Source: Minisyncoccota bacterium
GTDB taxonomy: Bacteria; Patescibacteriota; Minisyncoccia; UBA9983
Assembly (NCBI GenBank): GCA_041648395.1
Contig: JBAZPC010000001.1
Location: 31,173-95,172, forward strand
Direction: 5' to 3'
Length of the DNA stretch: 64,000 nt
A model generated the notes under the pieces. That model was not told the origin of the DNA, searched no databases, and worked only from the letters and a program-made list of their open reading frames with translations. Positions 25,911 to 36,179 of this stretch are shown here, piece by piece. How positions within the stretch are numbered: position 1 is the stretch's first letter; the number at the start of each line of letters is the position of its first letter. Made by a program: the position numbers and the translations under genes.

Positions 25911-27146
25911 TTATTTCTCTTTCAATACTTCTTCAAAACGGATATGGGACGGATTTGTGGAAATTTTGCGCCACCAGAACGGTTTGAAAATTATTTCCGC
26001 TTGTTCAATAAGGGGATATTTCGCAAGAATTGACGCGTAATCGCTATTATCGGCAGAAATAAGATTATTCAACAGAGAAGTTTTGTCTATATTCCAGATA
26101 ATATGCGCCGCACCCTTAAGATTAAAAAATATTTTCCCGCTGTCACCAAAGTCGTTAATCAGCTTGAAATCAAGTTTTTCAAGATCCTCCATTCGCGCGT
26201 CGGGATTTTTTTCGCTGCTTAAATATCTTACGGTCACTTCTTTGGACAGATTGTCTTTTTTTATCAAATAACCCGTGGCTGCGCCTTTTTCTTTGAAGAT
26301 GAACTTTTTGTCTTGGGAATCAATTTTATCCCCCGTTTTTGGACCAGCTGGGTCGTCGGCAAAATCTATTTTAATCGCTCCGCCATAAAGAATATAACCC
26401 TCCGGTTTTTGCCTTACAATATTTTCTTTTAGATATTTTTCAATAATCGGTTTTAAATTATTTCTAGCACTATTCAAATCTCCTTCGGAAACCACATTCG
26501 CTTTGCCTAAAAAACCTCCTGTCATTTCCGTCTTTGACCGGCCATAAATTTTTTGGTAACTCGGCGCGCCTTTGAACCCCGGAATCGTAAAATCAACAAG
26601 CTTAATATTGTATTCCGGCCCTTGCTTATCGGCGTAAACCTTTGCTTCAATGGAGCCACTAGCTGGGACGATAATGGCCTCCTGAATTCGGTAAATTTTT
26701 CCATCCGGCGATTCAAAACGCGTTTGAACGATAAGTTTCTGTGATTTTGAAGGATAAGTATTATATATAGCAATTACCCCGCTCGCTTTTTGTCCGCCGT
26801 CCACCGAGCCGGTCGCCGTAACTTCCTGCGACTGCTCGTATTCCATCTGTATCGTCTCAAACGCCAAACCAGTTAAAGTTGCGGCGCTCTTATTTGCCTC
26901 CAAATTAAAATCAATATTTGTGAATCCCTGTTTCGGAGTTATTTTTACGGTGACCGAAGAAAAATACGATGAAAGCCATAAGAATAAAATAAAGAAAGCA
27001 ACAACGCCAATAATCCAATATAAAATTCTAATTCTACCCTTCCTACCCCGAGTGTGATTTTTTGCAGGCGCGGGCACAGGCGCCTTAACTTCCGGCGCTT
27101 TTATTATTTTCTTTTTTATAATGTCAGATAATATATATTTAGCCAC
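25911..27146 (-). CDS. Hypothetical membrane-anchored protein
   Basis: Single N-terminal TM helix. No recognisable motif. Confidence 0.5.
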   Translation of the reverse strand: MAKYILSDIIKKKIIKAPEVKAPVPAPAKNHTRGRKGRIRILYWIIGVVAFFILFLWLSSYFSSVTVKITPKQGFTNIDFNLEANKSAATLTGLAFETIQMEYEQSQEVTATGSVDGGQKASGVIAIYNTYPSKSQKLIVQTRFESPDGKIYRIQEAIIVPASGSIEAKVYADKQGPEYNIKLVDFTIPGFKGAPSYQKIYGRSKTEMTGGFLGKANVVSEGDLNSARNNLKPIIEKYLKENIVRQKPEGYILYGGAIKIDFADDPAGPKTGDKIDSQDKKFIFKEKGAATGYLIKKDNLSKEVTVRYLSSEKNPDARMEDLEKLDFKLINDFGDSGKIFFNLKGAAHIIWNIDKTSLLNNLISADNSDYASILAKYPLIEQAEIIFKPFWWRKISTNPSHIRFEEVLKEK

Positions 27147-27160
27147 AATATTATTATATC

Positions 27161-28648
27161 TTATTTTTGCCTTAATGTCGGGAATAATATTATTTCTCTG
27201 ATGTTATGCGTATCCGTTAAAAGCATTGCAAGGCGGTCTATGCCGATTCCCAGACCGGCCGCCGGCGGCATGCCGTATTCCATCGCCTCAAGATAATCCT
27301 CGTCGCTCGGAGACACCTCTTTCTCTCCCCTCTCTCGCGCCTTGTCCTGCTCTTTAAATCTCTGTTTTTGATCAAGCGGGTCGTTAAGTTCGGAAAAAGC
27401 GTTCACCGCTTCCACCCCGCCGATTATCAGCTGAAATCTGTCCAATAGGTCGGGGTTATCTGATTTTCTTTTTGCTAACGGCGACGAACCGGCCGGATAA
27501 TCAACGACAAAAGTCGGCTGGATTATTTTCGGACGGCAAAGTTTTTTGAAAATGTTGTCCGTTATTTTTTCCTTGTCCTCAAATTTTTCAACTTTGATGC
27601 CAAATTGCTGGGCCTTCAGGGCCATGTCGTCGCGCGTTTCTTTTTCCGAATTTATTATCAACGCGTATTTTTTTAAAATATCGTAATAAGAAACGATTTC
27701 AAATTTTTTGGCAAAAGATATTTTGTTGCCGTCAAATTGGAGTTCCGTTTTTCCGGTAATTTTTTTGACAATCGCCTTTAAAAATTTTTCCGTGAAATTT
27801 CTTAAATACTCAGCGTCTCTGTACGCTTCGTACATCTCAAGCATGCTGAATTCCGGATTGTGGGTAACATCAATGCCTTCGTTTCTGAAATTTCTTCCCA
27901 ACTCGTACACTTTTGAAAAACCGCCAATCAGTAATTTTTTAAGATAAAGTTCCGGCGCTATTCTCAAATACAAATCCGAATCAAGGGCGTTATGATGCGT
28001 CTTGAACGGCTCCGCCAAAGCCCCACCAGCAAGTAATTGGAGAATCGGCGTTTCCACTTCTAAAAAACCTTCTTTGTCCAAATAATTTCTAATTTCCGAA
28101 ATTATTTTTGAACGCAAGACAAATTTTTTCTTGATATCCTCGTTCGCCAGCAAATCCAAATATCTTTTCCTGAATCTTTCTTCCACATCCTGCAAGCCGT
28201 GCCATTTTTCCGGCAGAGGACGAAGTGATTTCGCCGCCATCTTCCAGCTTAAAACTTTTAATGTTTTTTCTTTTTTCTTAGTAAGAAAAAAGTTTCCTTT
28301 CAATTCCACAAAATCACCAATATCGGTTGTATCCCGAAATAAAGAAAATTGCTCGTCGCCAACCTCATCTTTTTTTATAAACGCCTGAATGGAGGACGAA
28401 CCACCTGTGGTGAGTGATGCCGAACCATCACTAATGTCAAAAAAAACCGCGCCTCCATGCCCGCGAACGGCCATAATCCGGCCGACAAGATACGATGGCT
28501 TCCTGCTTTTTACTAGCTTAGAAAAATTTTTCAGCGCCTCGGCAACAGAAAAATCCCGCTTTACCGAAGCCGGAAAAGGGTCAACGCCTTTCTCTTTTAA
28601 AATCTCCAATTTCCTAACCCGCTCGTTGCGAATGTCGTTTAAACTCAT
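27161..28648 (-). CDS. lysS: Lysyl-tRNA synthetase (class II)
   Basis: OB anticodon-binding domain. Class II motifs are FRNEGIDVTHNPEFSMLEMY and GIGIDRLAMLL. Confidence 0.9.
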   Translation of the reverse strand: MSLNDIRNERVRKLEILKEKGVDPFPASVKRDFSVAEALKNFSKLVKSRKPSYLVGRIMAVRGHGGAVFFDISDGSASLTTGGSSSIQAFIKKDEVGDEQFSLFRDTTDIGDFVELKGNFFLTKKKEKTLKVLSWKMAAKSLRPLPEKWHGLQDVEERFRKRYLDLLANEDIKKKFVLRSKIISEIRNYLDKEGFLEVETPILQLLAGGALAEPFKTHHNALDSDLYLRIAPELYLKKLLIGGFSKVYELGRNFRNEGIDVTHNPEFSMLEMYEAYRDAEYLRNFTEKFLKAIVKKITGKTELQFDGNKISFAKKFEIVSYYDILKKYALIINSEKETRDDMALKAQQFGIKVEKFEDKEKITDNIFKKLCRPKIIQPTFVVDYPAGSSPLAKRKSDNPDLLDRFQLIIGGVEAVNAFSELNDPLDQKQRFKEQDKARERGEKEVSPSDEDYLEAMEYGMPPAAGLGIGIDRLAMLLTDTHNIREIILFPTLRQK

Positions 28649-28689
28649 GGTTTAATTATATAAAATAAAAACTTTGTTGTAAATAAAAA

Positions 28690-28727
28690 AAGGGCTTTGG
28701 TTTTTGTGCCATAAGCCCTTTGAATTA
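28690..28727 (-). terminator. Rho-independent terminator for the 28738-29331 gene
   Basis: On the minus strand: AAAGGGCTT-loop-AAGCCCTTT followed by TTTTTT. Confidence 0.5.
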
Positions 28728-28737
28728 CAACTTTAGA

Positions 28738-29331
28738 TTAGATAAGCTGGATATTTTTTTCTTTGATGCGGATGCAATAAGTGGGTTTGAGTTGAACTGG
28801 CGCGTCGCCTGTCTTTTTACCCTTCTCGTCTTTTTGCCATTGCGTTATTGGCTGGCCATCGGGATAAAAAAGCGGTATCCGAACTTCGCAATTTATGCTG
28901 ATGTTGTTTTTGCCGACATCAGCGGGATTTACATACGCCCGCACTCTCCACATAGCCACTCTGCATATTTCGTGCAATTCTGTAACTATGTTAGAATTTA
29001 TCTCCTCGCCATCTTGACGAGAAAAAATGTACCTTACCGCATGATACTTTTTTCTTCTCGTGTGGTCGTTCGAGTCAACGCGTTCTTGATAAGACGCGTC
29101 AACTAACACATAACCTTCCAATTTAAGGTCCGAGAGAAAATCGGCAACAGAAACATTTTGAGTTTGCTGAATGAATTGTACGCCCCCATTTAACGTTTTT
29201 CTTTCCTTGTGTTGGCCATATTTTTCCACATTGCGGTGATACACCCACCTCGGAATCAATGCTGGGTTTGAAAAGCTTAACTGCAACATAATATTGCCAA
29301 CAGAATCATCCAGAACCATTATCTTCTCCAT
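28738..29331 (-). CDS. Hypothetical protein
   Basis: A 197-aa ORF with no recognisable motif. Confidence 0.5.
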   Translation of the reverse strand: MEKIMVLDDSVGNIMLQLSFSNPALIPRWVYHRNVEKYGQHKERKTLNGGVQFIQQTQNVSVADFLSDLKLEGYVLVDASYQERVDSNDHTRRKKYHAVRYIFSRQDGEEINSNIVTELHEICRVAMWRVRAYVNPADVGKNNISINCEVRIPLFYPDGQPITQWQKDEKGKKTGDAPVQLKPTYCIRIKEKNIQLI

Positions 29332-29434
29332 TACTACCTCCTTTCAAAAGTTTTTTATTTTTAAGGTTGTTTTACCCTTTTTCTAAGCCAATTTCATCCT
29401 AGCATATCTGCTATAATTTGTCAAATTTAAATCT

Positions 29435-29478
29435 TACCACTGGCAAGCGATCGCTTGGGAATGGTAACATTTTTATTA
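29435..29478. repeat. Palindromic element copy 2 (CTTACC...CAAGCGATCGCTTG...GGTAAC)
   Basis: cttaccactggcaagcgatcgcttgggaatggtaacattttt. It is homologous to 21195-21240. Confidence 0.5.
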
Positions 29479-29504
29479 TTTGATTTTATTCGTTTTATTT
29501 AATT

Positions 29505-31178
29505 TTATTTTAAATACTCCGGCGTATTCACACTCATCCAATCTAAAAGCTGGCGCATGACGGCAGGCGCGCCGACAAGATTGGCGTAAGGTCCTTTTTC
29601 CATGACCAGCGCAAAAGCGTATTTCGGATTATTGTAAGGCCAAAAACCGATAATCCACGAGTTAACATATTTCTTCGCCGCGCCGACCTCGGCTGTCCCC
29701 GTTTTCGCCGCGATATTGACGCCCCAAATATTCAACGCCGACGCTGTGCCCTCCGTCACTCCCATCCTCATCCCCTCGTGAACAACTTGAAAATAATTTT
29801 GAGGGATATTTAAGTCGCGAATTATTTGCAAATTATTTTTAGAATTGTCGCGAAGCAAGTGCGGTTGAATTATTTTTCCGCTATTCGCCACGGCCGCGGC
29901 ATAAACCGCCATTTCAATCGGCGTGACATGAAAATATCCCTGGCCGATGGACGCGTTATAGGTGTCGCCTATTCTCCATATTGGGTCCTCGGGACTGCTC
30001 TTCGCCTTAAGTTCCGCGTTCGGCACCGTCCCGTTTGTTTCGCCATTCAGGTCAATTTTTGTTTTTAAATCAAAACCGAATTTTTCCGCGTATTCTTCTA
30101 TTTTTTTTATACCCAACCCCTTCTGCCCTTCAAATCCTCCGCCGACTTCATAAAAATAAACATCCGAAGAAACGGCGAGAGCTCTTCTCATATCCACCCA
30201 GCCGTGCGCTTTCCAATCCTTAAATATACTTTTTTTGTCGGGGAAAAACGGATTAGGAAGAGAAATAAAGCCGGCGCTGAAAATTTGTTTTTCCGGCGTT
30301 ATAACCCCTTCATTTAAAGCGGCGATGGCGATAAGCGGTTTTATGATGGAACCGGGCGCGTATAAGCCGGAAATGGCGCGATTCAAAAACGGCTTGTTTG
30401 TATCACCGATAAATTCTTTTATTTTTTCTTTCTGCTCGCCTTTGGAGAGAATTTCGGAATTGTATTCGGGATAGCTTACCAAAGACAAAACTTCTCCATT
30501 GTTGGCGTCAAGGATAATGCCGGCGCCCCCCTTGAATCCCCTTTCTTCGGCTGTTGATTTTATGGAATTAAAAAGCTGCGCTTGTATTTTTGAATCAATC
30601 GTGAGAATCGCGTCCTTGCCTTGCTCCGGTTGTTTTTGCAAGCTTTCAGAAATGACATTGTTTTGAGAATCAACTTCGCTTATTTTCACTCCCGCTTCGC
30701 CGAAAAGCATTTTTTCGTAAATTTTTTCTATGCCGTTTTTACCGGTCACGGCTTCCCTAATTGCGTCTTTGTTGTTTGCTAAATCTTCTTCCGACGGAAG
30801 GCCTAAATATCCCAAAACATGGCCGAATCCGCCGGCCTCCGCGTATTTCCTTAAATCTATATCGTTCCACGCCAATTTTTCTTTATTGCGGTCGTAAATT
30901 ATGCCTCTGTTCGGAATAATAAAAATTTTCTTCAAGCTGTTGCTCTCGCTCCTCTTGGCATAATCCTCCCCGTGCACCGCCTGCAGAAAAAAAATCTTCG
31001 TCGCGAAAAGAAGCCCTATCGCCAAAAAAACGGAAACCGCGCCGTAAAAAGATCTCTTGCTTATCGGCCTCTCTATCTTCCCTTCCATTTGCTGAACGTC
31101 AAAGCCGGGAATATTTTTTGAATCCATGAATATCTCGTCGGGATAAATAGAGGGGTCTTTTTTTCTTTTCTTGAACAT
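29505..31178 (-). CDS. mrdA: Penicillin-binding protein 2 (class B transpeptidase)
   Basis: SxxK is SIIKPL, SxD is SSD, and the KTG motif is KTGTA. It lies downstream of mreBCD. Confidence 0.8.
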   Translation of the reverse strand: MFKKRKKDPSIYPDEIFMDSKNIPGFDVQQMEGKIERPISKRSFYGAVSVFLAIGLLFATKIFFLQAVHGEDYAKRSESNSLKKIFIIPNRGIIYDRNKEKLAWNDIDLRKYAEAGGFGHVLGYLGLPSEEDLANNKDAIREAVTGKNGIEKIYEKMLFGEAGVKISEVDSQNNVISESLQKQPEQGKDAILTIDSKIQAQLFNSIKSTAEERGFKGGAGIILDANNGEVLSLVSYPEYNSEILSKGEQKEKIKEFIGDTNKPFLNRAISGLYAPGSIIKPLIAIAALNEGVITPEKQIFSAGFISLPNPFFPDKKSIFKDWKAHGWVDMRRALAVSSDVYFYEVGGGFEGQKGLGIKKIEEYAEKFGFDLKTKIDLNGETNGTVPNAELKAKSSPEDPIWRIGDTYNASIGQGYFHVTPIEMAVYAAAVANSGKIIQPHLLRDNSKNNLQIIRDLNIPQNYFQVVHEGMRMGVTEGTASALNIWGVNIAAKTGTAEVGAAKKYVNSWIIGFWPYNNPKYAFALVMEKGPYANLVGAPAVMRQLLDWMSVNTPEYLK

Positions 31179-31179
31179 C

Positions 31180-31443
31180 TTAGGAAAATAATCTTATTTT
31201 TTTTCTTATTATTTTTGACACTAAAACCAAAACCAGCGCGGTTGCCGTAAAAATTCCGAATCGGCCGTAAATTTTTGCGCCGGGTATTGAGTATAATGAA
31301 TCAAAAATTAAACCGGCCAGCGCCGCTTCCCAAAAATTCCCGAATAAAATTATGAAAACAACCGCCAGAACCGCGGTCCATTGCCACGGCAAAATAAACA
31401 AGCAAGAAAAAAATATAACGTCGGCAATAATTCTTTTTATCAT
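31180..31443 (-). CDS. Small membrane protein, possibly MreD-like
   Basis: An 87-aa protein with 2-3 TM helices, positioned between mreC and PBP2. The function is assigned by position only. Confidence 0.35.
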   Translation of the reverse strand: MIKRIIADVIFFSCLFILPWQWTAVLAVVFIILFGNFWEAALAGLIFDSLYSIPGAKIYGRFGIFTATALVLVLVSKIIRKKIRLFS

Positions 31444-32222
31444 TTCTTTATTGCCACGTATTTAAGTTCCTGCAGATTGAACGGAAATCTGAAATACAGC
31501 TTTTGAAACGGGTCCGAAGGATTTATTTCTATTTTATCTATTATCCCTATAAGTATGGATTTAACATCAAATGTCACCACTTTTTCTCCCGCGTTAACCT
31601 CAATTGATTTCGGTATCTTTATTTCAAAATTACCGTCTCCTTTTCCCGCAGCGATTACCTGATTATTGGAAGAAAGCAAAACGGCATTCGTTTCGTCGCC
31701 CGGGAAAGAAATAAGTTTTATTTTGCTTGAATCGCTAAAAATCTCAAAAACATAACCGATTAAAATATTATCGTAGGCCCAAACCTGCATGCCGTTTTTT
31801 ATCCCCCTTTCGGAGCCAGCATCAACGATTAAAATGTCGTATGGCGATTTTGGCGGACGGCTTATCACGCGGGCGGCAAAAAATTCATTCTTATTCGACC
31901 AAGACATGATATCTTTTAATTCTTTGTTTTCTTTCTCTAAAATTTCATAGGCCAATAATTTCGTTTCCATTTCTGCCAACTTATCTTTTAAAACAAGATT
32001 TTCTTTTGAGAGCGTTTCTTTGCCGCTCAAAAGATAAGAATTGTTATCCGCCCAATTTACAATTGAACTGCCGAAATTCAAAAACGGCCGGAATACAGCA
32101 GTTCCTAAATTAACGGCAAAATTTCTTGCAGAACCGACAAATACCGCAAGCAAAAAAAGAATAAATAAAAAAAGCCCGACAAGAAACTTTTTATTTTGGC
32201 GGGATTTCATCATCATGGTCAA
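31440..32222 (-). CDS. mreC: Rod shape-determining protein MreC
   Basis: N-terminal TM helix, a coiled coil (KLAEMETKLLAYEILEKENKELK), and a C-terminal beta domain. It lies downstream of mreB. Confidence 0.75.
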   Translation of the reverse strand: MTMMMKSRQNKKFLVGLFLFILFLLAVFVGSARNFAVNLGTAVFRPFLNFGSSIVNWADNNSYLLSGKETLSKENLVLKDKLAEMETKLLAYEILEKENKELKDIMSWSNKNEFFAARVISRPPKSPYDILIVDAGSERGIKNGMQVWAYDNILIGYVFEIFSDSSKIKLISFPGDETNAVLLSSNNQVIAAGKGDGNFEIKIPKSIEVNAGEKVVTFDVKSILIGIIDKIEINPSDPFQKLYFRFPFNLQELKYVAIKK

Positions 32223-33243
32223 CTAAAACATTTCTAAATTTTTCCAAATCTTCAAGCACTATGCCCGTGCCTCTCACCACGGCAGTCATAGGGTCCTCCG
32301 GAACTTGAACTGGTACTTTTATTTCAGATTCAAAAAGCTGGGCTAGCCCTCTCAAAAACGACCCTCCTCCGACAAGAATAATACCCCTGTGCATTATGTC
32401 CGCCAAAAGTTCGGGAGGAGTGTCTTCTGCCACTTCTTTTGTCGCCTTAATCAAAGCGCGAACGGATTTTATGATGGCTTCGCGAATATCAACGTCCGTC
32501 ACTGCCACTTCCCTCGGCAAGCCGCTCACCAAGTCCCTGCCCCTGACAACGGTTTCCAGCCCTTCTCCATTTTTTGACACGGAACCGATGGCAATTTTCA
32601 CGTCTTCGGCCGTTTTTTCGCCGATTAAAATTTTAAATTCATCGCGCATATAATCAATAATATCTTGGTTAAATCTGTCTCCGGCAATACGTATATTTTT
32701 TGAAACAACAATGCCCCCGAGCGAAATAACGGCGATATCGGTTGTGCCTCCGCCGATATCAATAATAATATTTCCAATCGGCTCGTGAATAGGTAGACGA
32801 ACACCAATTGCCGCCGCCATCGGCTCTTCCACGATAAAAACTTCCCGAGCGCCGGCGTTTCTTGCCGCGTCCCTCACTGCCCTTATTTCCACGTTGGTTA
32901 TGCCCGAAGGAACGCCTATCACGACTCTTGGCCTCATAAAAAATTTTGACGAGCCCTGATGGACTTTTTTAATGAAATAAGAAAGCATTTCTTCAGTGAT
33001 TTCAAAATCAGAAATGACTCCTTCAACCAGTGGACGGACAACAGAAATGTGCGCTGGCGTCCTGCCGGCCATTTTTTTCGCTTCGTTTCCTATGGCCACC
33101 ACTTGGTCGGTTTTTTTATTGAACGCCACAATTGACGGCTCATTGATGACAATACCGCGCCCGCGCACATAAACAAGAGTATTGGCGGTGCCAAGGTCAA
33201 TTCCTATGTCGGTTGAAAATAATCCGTAAAATTTATTAAGCAT
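32191..33243 (-). CDS. mreB: Rod shape-determining protein MreB (actin homolog)
   Basis: DIGIDLGTANTLVYV and IIDIGGGTTDIAVIS. Confidence 0.95.
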   Translation of the reverse strand: MLNKFYGLFSTDIGIDLGTANTLVYVRGRGIVINEPSIVAFNKKTDQVVAIGNEAKKMAGRTPAHISVVRPLVEGVISDFEITEEMLSYFIKKVHQGSSKFFMRPRVVIGVPSGITNVEIRAVRDAARNAGAREVFIVEEPMAAAIGVRLPIHEPIGNIIIDIGGGTTDIAVISLGGIVVSKNIRIAGDRFNQDIIDYMRDEFKILIGEKTAEDVKIAIGSVSKNGEGLETVVRGRDLVSGLPREVAVTDVDIREAIIKSVRALIKATKEVAEDTPPELLADIMHRGIILVGGGSFLRGLAQLFESEIKVPVQVPEDPMTAVVRGTGIVLEDLEKFRNVLVDHDDEIPPK

Positions 33244-33262
33244 AATGCTAAAAATGCTAATT

Positions 33263-34510
33263 TTATGCGAATAACGCGAAAAACTTTTTTCTTGTAATTA
33301 ATTTAACCTTTTGCTCCCCTCTCTTTTTAAGTTCAACCATATCTTCTTTTATTGTTTTCTCACTCACTACCACCCTGTATGGAATGCCGATTAAGTCGGC
33401 GTCGGCGAATTTCTCGCCAGCCGTGATATCCTCTCTGTCATCATAAAGTACCTCAACACCAGTTTTTTGTAAATCTGCATAAAGTTTGTCGGCATAAGAT
33501 TTAAGGTTTGAGATTTGAGGTTTGAGATTAAGTAGGTGTACTGCGAACGGCGCCACCGATTCCGGCCAAATTATGCCTTTGTCGTCGTGATTTAATTCCG
33601 CAATAGCTCCCAGAAGCCGCGTCAGACCCATTCCGTAACAGCCCATGATAACGTTGTTTTGATTGCCATCTTTGTCTGTAAACTTTAAACCGAATGGATC
33701 TGAATATTTGGTCATTAACTTGAATATGTTTCCAACTTCAATGGCTTTTTCTTCCCGAAAATTCTTACCGCCACAAGTTGGGCAAACACTCTGTTCATTA
33801 AATATTTCTTTATTTATAGCTATCTTGCATTTTTCGCACAGAAAAATAGCGTCTTCGCCCGCCTCGCTCAACATTTGGAATTCGTGGGAATATTTTGAAA
33901 ATGTCCCGCCGGAGGCAAAAGTGAGATGGGTCTTATCGCCTATTCCGCATTTATCAAAAATATTTTTGTAATGCGTTTTCATTTTTTCGTAATAATTTTC
34001 AAGGTCTTTTTCGTCCGCATGGAAAGAATAAAGATCCTTCATCACAAATTCCCTGCCTCTTAAAATGCCTGATTTCGCGCGTTTTTCGTCCCTGAATTTC
34101 GTCTGAATTTGAAAAAGAGAGAACGGCAAATTTTTGTAAGAAAGTGAAAATTTTCCCGCCAACGGCGAGACAATTTCCTCGTGGGTCGGACCGAGAGCAA
34201 ATTCTATTTTTGAATAATGGCTCGTGAATCTAAAAAGAGAATCGAGTGAATCCCATCTGTCGGTTTTTATCCAGTTTTCTTTCGGCTGAAGCGCAGGCAT
34301 CAGAATTTCCTGTCCGCCGGCTTTGTTCATTTCCTCGCGGATAATGTTTTCAATTTTTTTGAGCGCGCGCAGACCGAGAGGCAAATAAGTGTAGACGCCG
34401 GCCATGAGTTTGTCCGTAAAACCGGCGCGCGCCAAAAGCATGGCATTCGCCGAAATTTCATCCTTCGGCGCCTCCTTTGCGGTTCTAGGGAAAAGTTTAG
34501 ATTGAAGCAT
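33263..34510 (-). CDS. proS: Prolyl-tRNA synthetase (short form lacking the editing insertion)
   Basis: The N-terminal ProRS catalytic core is LFPRTAKEAP...MLLARAGF. Class II motifs and a Zn-binding CEKC...CPTCGG are present. Confidence 0.85.
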   Translation of the reverse strand: MLQSKLFPRTAKEAPKDEISANAMLLARAGFTDKLMAGVYTYLPLGLRALKKIENIIREEMNKAGGQEILMPALQPKENWIKTDRWDSLDSLFRFTSHYSKIEFALGPTHEEIVSPLAGKFSLSYKNLPFSLFQIQTKFRDEKRAKSGILRGREFVMKDLYSFHADEKDLENYYEKMKTHYKNIFDKCGIGDKTHLTFASGGTFSKYSHEFQMLSEAGEDAIFLCEKCKIAINKEIFNEQSVCPTCGGKNFREEKAIEVGNIFKLMTKYSDPFGLKFTDKDGNQNNVIMGCYGMGLTRLLGAIAELNHDDKGIIWPESVAPFAVHLLNLKPQISNLKSYADKLYADLQKTGVEVLYDDREDITAGEKFADADLIGIPYRVVVSEKTIKEDMVELKKRGEQKVKLITRKKFFALFA

Positions 34511-34533
34511 ATTACCCCAATTCTAGCACCTTC

Positions 34534-35601
34534 CTATATTAACTTCAAAATGTCGCGGTAGGTAATCGCCAGCATAAGAATTAAGAGTAACGCCATGCCG
34601 ATACCGTGAGTTATGTTGCTGACTTTTGAGCTCACCGGCGAGCCTTTTATTTTTTCTATCAAAAGGAAAAGTAATCGCCCGCCGTCCAACGCCGGGAGCG
34701 GGAGAATATTTATCACCGCAAGATTAACCGAGAGCATAGCGATAAATCCGAGAATATAAGCGAAACCGAATTTTGCCGCCGTACTCGTGATGCCGATTAT
34801 GCCGACTGGTCCCATCACCTGGTCCAGTCCGCTTGTCCCTTTTATGGCGCCGTAGATAAAATAAAAAATTGACTGGGCCACGGCAATCAGCAAAAAATAA
34901 GTTGTCTTCAATCCTTCCCAAATTGATTTGTACCATGAAAACTTTATCGTTCCGATTTCATCCATAGCTATGCCTATCGCCCCTTGGCCGGCGGGCGGGT
35001 TCACTCTCGGTGTTATTTTTATAGAAGAAATTTTGTCTTCTCTTTTATAATTTATACCAGTTTCTTTTCCTTTATTCTCCAAAATAAATTTTTGCGCCTC
35101 TTCAACTGAATTAAAACCAACAAGTTCGTCTCCGGGCTGCAAGCCAGCCGTCCTTGCCGGTGAATTTTCTTGAACTTCTAAAATAATCACTTTTTTATCG
35201 TTTATTTCCGCGCCAGGCGGAACAGCTCCGACGCTGGTCGGCATTCCCGCCAGATACCCCACAGATATTAAAAACCACGCCAAAATAACATTAAAAATGA
35301 CACCCGCAATAATAACCAAAGCGCGAATGCCAACTGATTTTGACGCAAAACTTCTTTGGTCATTAACCTCTTGTGGTGAGCTTGTCGAACCATCCTCGCC
35401 GTAAATTTTTACGAATCCGCCGAAAGGAATAAGGTTGATTGAATAAATCGTCTCGCCTTTTTTAAAGCTGAAAAGCCGCGGAGGAAAGCCAAAACCAAAC
35501 TCGTCAACTCTAATTCCGCTTTTTTTGGCGACAATAAAATGCCCGAATTCATGGGATAAAACTAAAATAGCTAAAACCGCAAAAAATAAAATAAAAGACA
35601 T
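34534..35601 (-). CDS. rseP: RIP metalloprotease RseP (site-2 protease, peptidase M50) with PDZ domain
   Basis: HEFGHFIVAK is the HExxH motif. A PDZ domain and a C-terminal LDGG motif are present. Confidence 0.85.
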   Translation of the reverse strand: MSFILFFAVLAILVLSHEFGHFIVAKKSGIRVDEFGFGFPPRLFSFKKGETIYSINLIPFGGFVKIYGEDGSTSSPQEVNDQRSFASKSVGIRALVIIAGVIFNVILAWFLISVGYLAGMPTSVGAVPPGAEINDKKVIILEVQENSPARTAGLQPGDELVGFNSVEEAQKFILENKGKETGINYKREDKISSIKITPRVNPPAGQGAIGIAMDEIGTIKFSWYKSIWEGLKTTYFLLIAVAQSIFYFIYGAIKGTSGLDQVMGPVGIIGITSTAAKFGFAYILGFIAMLSVNLAVINILPLPALDGGRLLFLLIEKIKGSPVSSKVSNITHGIGMALLLILMLAITYRDILKLI

Positions 35602-35612
35602 TTAAAAAATTT

Positions 35613-36161
35613 CTAATTTCTAATTTCTAATTCTTTTCTCTCTATCATCTCTTCAATTTCTTTTGAAAATCCGTCAATGATTTTCTGTAATTCGTCTTTG
35701 AGCCGGAATTTGTCGTCTTCGGGAATTTCCCCGTTTCTTTCCTTTTCTTGGACGTCTTTCCAAACTTCTTCTCTTGCCAACTTCAAAGAAATTTTTGCTT
35801 CTTCTAATTTATCGTAAAGAATTTTTATAAGTGATTTTCTTCTTTCCTCGGTAAGTTCGGGCATCGTCACGCGCACCGATTGCTTGTCCGCGATCGGCTG
35901 AATGCCGAGATTAGAACTGATTATGGCGTGTTCAATATTTTTCAGCATTCCCGCGTCCCACGGCGTGACACGCAAAGTTCTCGCGTCTTCCGCGCTGATT
36001 GAAGCGACATGCTTCAACGGCACGCGCGAGCCGTAAGAATCGACAACAAGATTTTCCACCAGCGCCGGAGTCGCCCGGCCGGTGCGAAGAGAAGATGATT
36101 CCTTTTTCATCCATTCTTTTATTTCCTCTCCTTTCTTTTTTATTTGGGAAAAATCGTACAT
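35613..36161 (-). CDS. frr: Ribosome recycling factor
   Basis: LRTGRATPALVENLVVDSYGSRVPLKHVASIS. Confidence 0.9.
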   Translation of the reverse strand: MYDFSQIKKKGEEIKEWMKKESSSLRTGRATPALVENLVVDSYGSRVPLKHVASISAEDARTLRVTPWDAGMLKNIEHAIISSNLGIQPIADKQSVRVTMPELTEERRKSLIKILYDKLEEAKISLKLAREEVWKDVQEKERNGEIPEDDKFRLKDELQKIIDGFSKEIEEMIERKELEIRN

Positions 36162-36179
36162 AAGCTGACTGTTTTCATT

